Shown: piece by piece, positions 1-10,100 of the stretch
How the letters are laid out: every line of letters begins with the position of its first letter
How positions within the stretch are numbered: the first letter of the stretch is position 1
Origin: Heptranchias perlo
Taxonomy: Eukaryota
Reading direction: 5' to 3'
DNA: 64,000 nucleotides
Assembly (NCBI RefSeq): GCF_035084215.1
Contig: NC_090348.1
Span: 26,288,001 to 26,352,000, forward strand
Notes under the pieces: generated by a model
What the model saw: only the letters and a program-made list of their open reading frames with translations
Told to the model about the DNA's origin: nothing
Databases searched by the model: none
Translations under genes and position numbers: made by a program

Positions 1-191
1 ATGTCAGACTGAGACTTTGGAGTTGCTTCATCTCGGAAAAGATTTACAAATAGTGTATTGTAAGCTACCCTTTTTAATTTTTCCTTGAATTGTTCTCGGT
101 TGAGCCTTCTTTTTCCCAAATAACACTTCCACGATAAGCCCGTCATGTGGGCTTCACAGAGGTCTCCAAATAACTGTGTAATGCTTGCCAT
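1..191 (-). CDS. TUBGCP6: Gamma-tubulin complex component 6, first coding segment (continues off the window edge)
   Basis: Reverse strand from ATG at 191 reads MASITQLFGDLCEAHMTGLSWKCYLGKRRLNREQFKEKLKRVAYNTLFVNLFRDE, matching the recalled human N-terminus MASITQLFDDLCEALL...LKKVAYNALFTNLFQDE. Exon acceptor (tttcctttctcccctag) puts the exon start at 292. Confidence 0.93.
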   Translation of the reverse strand, partial: MASITQLFGDLCEAHMTGLSWKCYLGKRRLNREQFKEKLKRVAYNTLFVNLFRDEATPKSQSD

Positions 192-1149
192 TGGTGTTTC
201 AGAAATGTCAAACACTTCGAATATGTCAAAGTTGAACAACTCTGGCCCTCAGATCCAGCATGGACAACAGCGCAGCAGATTTTCCTTTGAACCTAGGGGA
301 GAAAGGAAAATAAAAAATTCTTAAATACTACAGTGTAACATATTAACTTTAAAACATCATTGTATTCAGACAAGGTTCTTTCAGCTATTGATAAAGAATA
401 CTTTGTTTTTCATTTAATTATTTCCCTCCAATTTGGGCAGAAAATATATAAAAATTGAAGATGGGTGGCACTTGCTTTGACTTTTTAAAATCAGGATGGA
501 TGGCACAGGACCAACACCAAAAAAGGTACCTGAGAACACAGCAGAAAATTCTACACTTTCAAAACGAACTTCCAAGAATACTCCTTTCACCTTTCATTTT
601 ACAAGCACAATTTCTAAAAAAAAATCACCACCCTTTACCACAGTGAACACAGTCGAGCTGAACATTAATCCTTTTACCAGTTTATTATAATTTGAACAGC
701 ATTTAAAGATATAATTCAGACAGAGTTGTTCACTAATTTCTTCAACAGGTATTTCTCCATTCTAACTATTCCTGCATCACTGCCCTGTGATCACAATTGA
801 TGATACATCTTAGCTCTTTCTTTGTAAAGTCTATGCACTTCATCATCCTGGTGTATGGTGCAATAACTACTAATGTCATCAGAAGACATCCATGATTGAC
901 AGCACAAACTTTAAAACACCCTATTACTCCCAACAACAAAAAACACAGCCACTACAATAGAATGACTCATGATGGAAAGAATGTGTAGAAATACAATCTG
1001 AAAGTAGAGAATATTGATTAGTTTGTCTCACTTCACCCTCAGTTATTTTCTGAACTTGTAAAACACTGAGCAATCTTGGCCTGCCTCAAACTAAGTTGTC
1101 CTCCAACCACTCTAGAACAGCAACTAACAAACCAACTAAAACACTGAAC

Positions 1150-2245
1150 TATATAGCCAAAATAATAGGGTACAAGTCAGAGGAAGTCATGTTCAAACTG
1201 TACAGAGGACTAGACTAATCACACCTTGAATACTTTGTCCAGTTCCATTCACCAAAACACAAGAGACATTCAAGCAGCAGACACGGTTCAGAGAAGAGTC
1301 AGGAGGCTGATCCCGAGAATCAGAAGTCAGAGTTGTGATGAAAGGCTTGAGAAACTTAAGATTTTTCAGTTTTGAAAGGAGGAGGCGAAGAAGTGGTCTT
1401 AGAGAGCTAGGATGGTAAACAGCCAGAGAAAGGTAAATTAGAATATTACTAAATTGCAAGGGTAGGACAAAGAAACACAGGTTTAAACTATTAAAAGACA
1501 ATGTAGGACTGATGTCAAGAAGTCCTTCTTCAAAGAGCAATTAATGTATGGAACAGACTTCAGAATAGAGTAGTGGAGATGAAAGGGACAGTGGCAGTGT
1601 GGATACAAAATTGGCTGAGGGACAGAAAGCAGAGAACAGTGGTGAATGGTTGTTTTTCAGACTGGAGGGAAGAATACTGTGGTGTTCCCCGGGGGTTGGT
1701 ATTAGAACCATTGCTCGTTTTGATATATATTAATGACCTGGCCTTGAGTATCGGGGGGCATAATTTTAAAGTTTGCAGATGGCACAAAACTTGGAAATGT
1801 AGTTAACAATGAGGAGGATAGTAGCAGATTTCAGGAGGGCATAGACAGACTGATGAAATGGGCAGACACATGGCAGATGAAATTTAATGTTGAGAAGTGT
1901 GAAGTGATCCATTTTGGAAGGAAGAATGAGAAAAGGCAATATAAATTAAATGGTACAATTTTAAAGCGGATGCAGGAACAGAGTGACCTGGGGGTTCACA
2001 TACACAAATCTTTGAAAAGTATCAGGACAAGTTGATAAGGCTTTTAAAAAAAAGCATATGGGATCCTGAGCTTTATAAATAGAGGCATAGAGTACAAAAA
2101 TAAGGAAGTTATGTTAAACCTTTGTCAATCATTGGCTAGACCTCAGCTAGAGTATTGCGTCCAGCTCTGGAAACCACGCGTTAGTATGTGAAGGCCTTGG
2201 AGAGGGTGCAGAAGGAGATTTACTAAAATGGTACCAGGGTTGAAA
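1150..2245 (+). mobile_element. Degenerate CR1 LINE fragments (RT C-terminal region)
   Basis: Frameshifted peptides WIQNWLRDRKQRTVVNG, GVP.G.VL.P, WQMKFNVEKCEVIHFGRKN; an older CR1 3' fragment lies at about 1150-1570. Confidence 0.85.
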
Positions 2246-2657
2246 TCAACATGGGATCCTGGTCATTAATCAGCATTCTCTTGTAGATACCAGGAAGAGC
2301 AAACATCTTGGCAGTAGTGGCCCTTACTTGTGCTCATGCTTCTCCTTGTTTATGCTCATATACAAAGAGTGATTCCTTGGACAAAATACCAGAGAGCCAT
2401 ATCCCAGCATGAGTAAGTGCCTTTAGGGCAGCAACAGTACAGATATCAGATATTGAACTAGGGGAAGTGAACATTATAAACAGAATATTGTATTCCAGTG
2501 TGTATTCGGCACTACGACCAAACTTGATACAAAATGGAACAATTTTCTTAATAAAAAATGAAATAAAACTCAGTATTTCTTCCATTCAGATTATATAATT
2601 CACTTTCAGAAGTCTTGGATTTTACACTGTCCACCACAACACTCACTGCCAATAACA

Positions 2658-2755
2658 TTCACATCGTTCACCTGACGAAGGAGGAAGCCTCCGAAAGCTT
2701 GTGAATTTAAAATAAAATTGCTGGACTATAACTTGGTGTTGTAAAATTGTTTACA
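2658..2755 (+). mobile_element. Penelope-like element terminal (pLTR) fragment
   Basis: About 85 bp near-identical to 3427-3510; flanked by AATAACA direct repeats (2651-2657 and 2756-2762); contains a minimal hammerhead motif. Confidence 0.7.
2667..2705 (+). ncRNA. Minimal type I hammerhead ribozyme motif (Penelope type)
   Basis: TTCAC-CTGACGA-A-GGAGG-AAG-CCTCC-GAAA-GC-TT-GTGAA: stem I TTCAC/GTGAA, core CUGANGA, stem II GGAGG/CCTCC, GAAA, palindromic AAGCTT in place of stem III. Confidence 0.7.
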
Positions 2756-3210
2756 AATAACAAAAGGCACAGCCAAACTAGCCCCATAAATCCCAAGGCC
2801 ATGACACATCTCTAAGTTCTGCTGTCATGATCACCTGCATCTTTAAGACATCATTCACCGAACAGTAAGTGCCATCCTGCATATAATGACTGCAGGGCAC
2901 AGAACTTTAAAAGTAGATCACACGGACAAGGATACTCCCCACAGCAAGAAGCCTCGCTCCGTCGATTACTAAACAGCTCGTGAACCGAGACAGAGGCTCA
3001 CTTATTGAATGATACAGCACAGAAGGAGGCCATTCGGCCCATCGTGCCTGTGTCTGAACGGAAAGTGCTGCGATCTGAATTTTAATAAAACCGGAGGCTG
3101 TAAAAGCTGCCACACCAACTAAGCTGCACAAAGCGCCCGATTAACAAACACACGGCGAACCCTAAAACCTTCTGGAACAATCCACCACCACCGCCGCCGC
3201 ACTTACTCAC

Positions 3211-3345
3211 CTCAGCACCGAATCCTGCGCCGTCGCTCCGCAACCGCCCCCAGTCACCATTCAACCAACCTAACCTAGCAGCAAAGGGATTCATCCCGCG
3301 CTGTCCTCTGAATGGCTTATCCTGCTGTCAATCATAAATCACTTC
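3211..3345 (-). other. TUBGCP6: Putative non-coding first exon of TUBGCP6
   Basis: Strong donor GAG|GTGAGTAAGT on the - strand (3201-3210), CpG-rich, ETS motif CACTTCCG at about 3340. The 5' end is approximate. Confidence 0.55.
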
Positions 3346-3650
3346 CGCTGTAAAGTTAGGTTGGTGTGGAGATGCCGGTGATGGACTGGGGTTGACAATT
3401 ATAAACAATTTTACAACACCAAGTTGCCTGAGGAAGGAGAAAATCTCCGAAAGCTTGTGAATTTAAAATAAAATTGCTGGACTATAACTTGGTGTTGTAA
3501 AATTGTTTATAAAAGTTAGGTTGGCCCGACCCTGCCGGATGTTCTGTCCTCAGCGAGCTCGCAATGGCATTGGCCGGCGACTCTCAACGGGGGGGTGGGG
3601 TGCCAGGTCGCTACTGCGCATGACTGCTCGCTTCACCCGTGAGGTAATTT
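3300..3650. promoter_or_regulatory. Putative bidirectional CpG promoter for TUBGCP6/HDAC10
   Basis: CpG-rich, ETS site (3340), NRF1-like TGCGCATG (about 3615), - strand donor at 3210 and + strand donor GAG|GTAATT at 3644. Confidence 0.5.
3365..3511. mobile_element. Penelope-like insertion with inverted 5' segment and 13-bp TSD; second hammerhead core at 3428-3461
   Basis: TSD AAAGTTAGGTTGG at 3352-3364 and 3512-3524; inverted repeat 3401-3425 vs 3486-3510; CTGAGGA-A-GGAGA-AAA-TCTCC-GAAAGCTTGTGA. Confidence 0.75.
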
Positions 3651-3804
3651 TGACCAATGCAAAAATAGTCTGATTTTGATGTATGTTAAACCTTAATTTT
3701 CTTACAGCGAATACCCCCTTTATGATTTGTCTACTCTGTGACCGTTAGCTAAAGTGTTGCGAGGCTGTAAGTGTGACCCAGGGTGTTTGTACTGTCAAAG
3801 TTCA

Positions 3805-5932
3805 GAGCTTCACAGGGGCTGCAGCCTCCCACACCCTGTGAACAAATGAAATACCGACTCGTCCAGGCCTGGGAGTCCGTGAAATGGCGTAACCGCCTAT
3901 TGGTCGCGACTGCTCTGTGCAACAATCTCCATCCCCAATGGCATACGGGAGGATCCCCGAGTAGAGAGCCCTCCACTGGGGACCCCGCCTCCGCCGAACG
4001 GCAGGCTGGTACGCCAGGGCATGTCCAGGCGAGAGACGAGGGTGAGGAAGTGGAGAATGTGCAGGAGCAGCCCGTACAGGAAATCCGTCCGCGCACAGTG
4101 AAATTTCACGGAGGGTATTTCCGAGTGATGGCTCAAGTTGTGAGGCACAGCCCCCCCCCGAGGGAGGTTTCGGGGCCTGACGCCTATGAGGAATTCCGTC
4201 CGAACAGGGGTCAGCTCGGATGGGATGGCTCCACACGCTTGAGCCTCCTCCACACCCCAAGTGGAGTCAGGGCCGAGTGCCACTTTCAAAGCCCGGATGG
4301 CGGTGGCCGCGTCCCGGACACGCCTCGAGGACATCCGTGCAGCCAGTGTCCCCAGCGCCATCTAGCCCGCCCCTCTGCCATCTAGTACGTCTCTGACTCT
4401 GGTTACCTTACCGGCCAGGGCCCTCTGCTCCGTCAGCCGCGAGCCGCCGAAGCCAACACCGCCGAGGAACGGATTCCTGAGCAGCGGCTCCTGCAGGACG
4501 GCCGCCACCCCTGACGGGGGAGAGCACCGGCAGGAGGCAACCATATTCCAGACCCTGATCAGATCCTGGTAAAAGACAGGCAGCTGCCGCAAAGACGTGC
4601 GGCCGCCTGGTAACGTGATAAACAGGAGCTGCTTGTCGTAGTTCAGACCGTGCAGCCGGCGGAAGAAATATGTCGCCAGTGCACACCATCTAGGAGGATC
4701 CTCAACGTACAGGTATCGCTGCAGGGTCCGAAGGCGGAAAGTCGCCACCTGGGTCGGACGCACACCAGCCCCTGACCACCCTCCCTAAGCGGGAGACTCG
4801 GGACCGCAGCAGCGACCCAGTGTATCCTTTTGGCCCAGCAGAAGTCGACGAGCTTCTTCTGAATCTTGGCGACAAACTCAGAAGGAGGGATCAAAGTGAC
4901 CAACTGGTACCACAACATTGCGGCTACCAGCTGGTTTATGACCAGCACTCGATTCCTGTAGGATAACACTTGGAGCAGTCCTGTCCAGCGCCCTAGGCGA
5001 GCGGTGACGTTGGCCTCCAGCTCTTGCCAGTTCGCCGGCAAGGCTTCCTCGGCAGGGCTAAGGTAGACTCCCAGGTACCGGAGGTACGTGGTGCTCCAGG
5101 CAAAAGGCCGTAGCTCCTCTGGCAGGAAGTCCGCCCGCCACTGACCCACCAGGAGTCCGGAACATTTCTCCCAGTTGATCCTTGCGGAGGACGCGGCAGA
5201 GTACACCTTTTGGCACTCGCACATCCTCTGCAAGTCAACGGGATCCATGACCATGAGGAGCACGTCATCGGCGTAAGCCGAAAGGACGACCTCCACGCCC
5301 GGCTCGCGCAGAGCCAGCCCCGACAACCTCTTCCGCAAGAGGTGCAGGAAAGGCTCCACGCAGACGGTGTATAATTGGCCGGACATGGGGCATCCCTGAC
5401 GCACTCCTCTCCTGAAACGAAGGGGCGCTGTCAAGGATCCATTAACCTTAATCAGACACTTCACGGCAGCGTACAGAAGTTGGATCCAGGCGACAAAATG
5501 CGACCCGAACCCGAAAGCGAGCGGAGTCCCGAATAAGTACTCGTGATCCACCCTGTCGAACGCCTTCTCCTGATCCAGGGAAAGGAAGGCGACCGACAGC
5601 CCAGCCCTCTGGGAATGGTGGATCAGGTCCCGGACGAGGTGGATGTTATCGTGGATTCTCTGGCCCGGGACCATGTAGGACTGGTCGGGATGGGTCATGT
5701 GGGCCAGCATGGTGCCAAGGCGAGCAGACATCGCCTTGGCGAAGACCTTATAATCCGTGCTGAGGAGGGAGACCGGGTGCCAGTTTTTAAGGTGATGGAG
5801 ATCCCCCTTCTTCAGCAGCAGGACGACGACCGCCCTGCGCCACAAAAGCGGCATCTCCCCGGTCGCCAGACTTTTCCCCCAGGACCCGTGCGTAGTCGCG
5901 TCCCAGAAGGCCCTAAGGAACTCCATGGTCAG
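3805..5932 (-). mobile_element. Tx1-type (L1 group) non-LTR retrotransposon fragment: RT plus C-terminal region, truncated and frameshifted
   Basis: ORF 4643-5926 has KNWHPVSLLSTDYK, LDQEKAFDRVDH, GVRQGCPMSG, AYADD; downstream frames give GWRLLHRAVATN. Confidence 0.88.
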
Positions 5933-6302
5933 CTAGAATAGAACTTGATTTCACTTTCCTAATTTTGGTAGTTCCGTTAAATCTTATTTTTTGTTAAGAA
6001 AATTATATTACTCACTATTAAAAATAAATACAGTTAATTAATTTGAGTGTTTGACCCAATCCTATTAATATTCAAGTATTACTGTTTACAATGTTCTCTT
6101 TAATGCTGCTTTAGATAGTCATAGGATATTGATTGACAACTAACCGTGCAAATAACCTCTCGCGCTTAGTTTAAGTTTTCACTTTTTGAGAAAATTAGCG
6201 GTTAAATTACATTAAAATCTGTTTGGATTAGTTAATGCGCACATGGGCAGTGCTGTCTTGGCCACTAGTTGGAGCCCCTGACAGATCAAAATATTATGTG
6301 CA

Positions 6303-6457
6303 TAAAGCAAAATACCGTAGATGCTGAGAACACTCGGCTAGTCAGGTGGCATTTAATAAGATGTTTCGGATATTGAGGCTCTGCGGTGGTGTTCAATGTC
6401 CAAAATGTTCTCTTACCAAATACTGCCTGACTTGCTGAGTGCTTCCAGTGTTTTTTT
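6303..6457. repeat. Degenerate palindromic repeat element
   Basis: GAACACTCGGCTAGTCAGGTGGCATTT (about 6328-6354) is an imperfect reverse complement of AAATACTGCCTGACTTGCTGAGTGCTTC (about 6418-6445). Confidence 0.55.
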
Positions 6458-7102
6458 AAATTAAAATATTATGTTCTGGTTAACCTAATTTTATAGGAGT
6501 ATGTATGGTGGTGATTCGTGATTGACAACATGGTCAGCCATACAGAGAACGCGTTTTCAATTTGCGTCCAATCGAGAGACAGCGCAGGACGAGGTTGAGT
6601 TGGTTGCAGAGAGACGGTAGATGATTAGGGAATTGCGGGGCATTTGTTAATAATTTATGCAGTTTAGTTGGTCTGGAGCTTTCTCACAAGGGAGTTGTTG
6701 AGGGGAAAGCGTTTAATACAGAAGAGGAAGCCCAATGTATTTCATTTGAGATCAGTGAAAAACGAAACGAAGGATGTCGATTAAATGACAAAATAGGGTT
6801 AGAGTTGAACCATCAAAGCTAACGGGGCTGGAAGGAGTAAAAAAAAACCCGGAAAACTGCAACTCTTCATCGTTTTAACTCTCAGCTGGTGTGTTTGAGA
6901 TAGAAGCAGTGCATCGTTCTCCCCTTCCTCCTAACTTGATGAGTTTGAAAAAAAAACTTCTAAGTTGTTAGTGAAGCAATTGAAATGTCAAAAATTCTGC
7001 TGTTATCAATTCAACCTTGTCGGAGGATATGTTTTAAATTTGGTTTATATTGGATATAAGTGATATGTTTGGCTGCTTATTTATATTTGTTCTTCCTTAG
7101 CC

Positions 7103-7167
7103 ATGGCTTCAGGAACTGGGTTGATCAACAATGAACAGATGATGAGCTATAACCTGCTGTGGGATTA
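7103..7167 (+). CDS. HDAC10: HDAC10 coding exon 1
   Basis: ccATGG context; [21 protein letters not shown]; donor gtaagt. Confidence 0.9.
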
Positions 7168-10100
7168 GTAAGTGCTGTAATAGGTTATGTTGTGTTTCTA
7201 AAGCAATTAGTTCTTTTGTTTTTAATGGATGCAATTAGGGCTTCTACGGAGCAGTGTAAAAAAAAATGTTGAAACATAATTTGCAATTCTTCGTCTCCCA
7301 CAAAATATTAAAAAATTTAAAAACAAGCACAAACCACACTTCTAAATGTTATGATTGTTTCTATAATTCATATATTTGGATGCTGTTTGTTTCAATAATG
7401 ATACACCTGCTGCAGAATAAATGAGTGGCTGAATGACTGATGCAAGTACTTCTGATTTGAAATTGTTTTAAGATGCCAGTGTCTAAATAATTTTTAGCTG
7501 AATATCCAGCAGGCAGTGCTGAGTGGTTTCCCCTACAGGGAGGAAAATTGGAAGGTCTGCCACGTAGTTGCTACTGTACTCCTCCAAATAGTTATCTATA
7601 GATCAGTGTTGAAGGAGGCAAATTAGTCTGGGTGGAAATTAATCCTGATGTACCTCCAGCAATCCCAGCTCAGGTGAAGACCTGTCAGAACAAAGTAAAG
7701 TTCCTTCTATATTGTCCCATCAATATAACTAAACCTTATTCTTCAGCTAACCCACTGTGACATTTACATTTTTCATACCAGCTATCCTCGTGACACCTCT
7801 AAGTGAGATTATGAAATTTTCTACCCAAATTATGGTATACTGGGAATCCAACACGACTAGAAAATTGAGTCAAAATTGCCTGAACTGATTTTTTTTATGT
7901 AGAACTCTAGCTGGCAAATAGAGAACTTCTTATGATCCATTTCAATAATCTTGGTAATATTCTGTTTTGGATACATTTTAGCCCAGTTTGCAGTATTGAA
8001 ATACCAGAGCGACTGTCCACTTCCTATGAGAAACTGAAATACTATGGTCTTGTGGAAAGATGCATCCCACTATCTGTTCGAGAAGCCACTGAAGAGGAAA
8101 TTATGTTGGTTCACAGGTTGTACATACATTTAAACTTAAGTACTATTCTGTACTTTTTCCCCCCTTTGAGTGAAAGGTTGGGCAGCAGACCATCTTCCTT
8201 AACTCTGCCTATGCTGGTATCATTCCTAAGGGTATCTAAGCTGACTTGTCATTCAATCTTTTCTCCCCTTTCTTTGTGGCTAAGCAAGCTAGTCTCTATT
8301 TGCATCTCTCCTAGATAGTACTGCTGTGTAGATATTTATTTTACAAATTTCTAATGTCAAATGTTGTGGGACCACATGCTGTTCCTTCATACCACCTATT
8401 TATATACTTTTAAAAACTGTGCTGTACAGTAAAAATCCTGCAATTCCACACTATTTTAATAATTTTATTCAAGATTACTGGCTTCGAACACTGCAGTGAA
8501 GACCTCCAAGAACGCTGTGAATTAATGCCCCTGTTTATATAATAATTTGCAAACTGGAGTGTTTTGCATTTGAGAGTACAGGTACTTCAGACTCCAATGC
8601 AAACAGAGTGGATTCCAGAGAACTGCAATTATTGATTTGCTAACATTCACTTTGGTTAAAAATGTGCTCGAGAATTAAGAATTTTAGTGGGTGCACTATC
8701 TTGTTCTTGTCTTTTTAGTAGATTAAAGCTATATTTCTCAAAACGTTTATGTTTGTTCCTCAATAATATGCCCATCTCTAATTTTACTTCAGATATTTTT
8801 TTTTAAAAATTCGTTCACGGGATGTGGGCGTCGCTGGCAAGGCCGGCATTTATTGCCCATCCCTAATTGCCCTCGAGAAGGTGGTGGTGAGCCGCCTTCT
8901 TGAACCGCTGCAGTCCATGTGGTGACGGTTCTCCCACAGTGCTGTTAGGAAGGGAGTTCCAGGATTTTGACCCAGCGACAATGAAGGAACGGCGATATAT
9001 TTCCAAGTCGGGATGGTGTGTGACTTGGAGGGGAACGTGCAGGTGGTGTTGTTCCCATGCGCCTGCTGCCCTTGTCCTTCTAGGTGGTAGAGGTCGCGGG
9101 TTTGGGAGGTGCTGTCGAAGAAGCCTTGGCGAGTTGCTGCAGTGCATCCTGTGGATGGTGCACACTGCAGCCACAGTGCGCCGGTGGTGAAGGGAGTGAA
9201 TGTTTAGGGTGGTGCATGGGGTGCCAATCAAGCGGGCTGCTTTATCTTGGATGGTGTCGAGCTTCTTGAGTGTTGTTGGAGCTGCACTCATCCAGGCAAG
9301 TGGAGAATATTCCATCACACTCCTGACTTGTGCCTTGTAGATGGTGGAAAGGCTTTGGGGAGTCAGGAGGTGAGTCACTCGCCGCAGAATACCCAGCCTC
9401 TGACCTGCTCTCGTAGCCATAGTATTTATATGGCTGGTCCAGTTAAGTTTCTGGTCAATGGTGACCCCCAGGATGTTGATGGTGGGGGATTCGGCGATGG
9501 TAATGCCGTTGAATGTCAAGGGGAGGTGGTTAGACTCTCTCTTGTTGGAGATGGTCATTGCTTGGCATTTATCTGGCGCGAATGTTACTTGCCACTTATG
9601 AGCCCAAGCCTGGATGTTGTCCAGGTCTTGCTGCATGCAGGCTCGGACTGCTTCATTATCTGAGGGGTTGCGAATGGAACTGAACACTGTGCAGTCATCA
9701 GCGAACATCCCCATTTCTGACCTTATGATGGAGGGAAGGTCATTGACGAAGCAGCTGTAGATGGTTGGGCCTAGGACACTGCCCTGAGGAACTCCTGCAG
9801 CAATGCCCTGGGGCTGAGATGCTTGGCCTCCAACAACCACTACCATCTTCCTTTGTGCTAGGTATGACTCCAGCCACTGGAGAGTTTTCCCCCTGATTCC
9901 CATTGACTTCAATTTTACTAGGGCTCCTTGGTGCCACACTCGGTCAAATGCTGCCTTGATGTCAAGGGCAGTCACTCTCACCTCACCTCTGGAATTCAGC
10001 TCTTTTGTCCATGTTTGGACCAAGGCTGTAATGAGGTCTGGAGCCGAGTGGTCCTGGCGGAACCCAAACTGAGCATCGGTGAGCAGGTTATTGGTGAGTA

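Noticed and set aside
3783-4385. 200-aa + strand ORF, and similar overlapping ORFs in 8900-11245 and 26800-30800
   Set aside because: Antisense or alternative-frame shadows of GC-rich transposon coding sequence.
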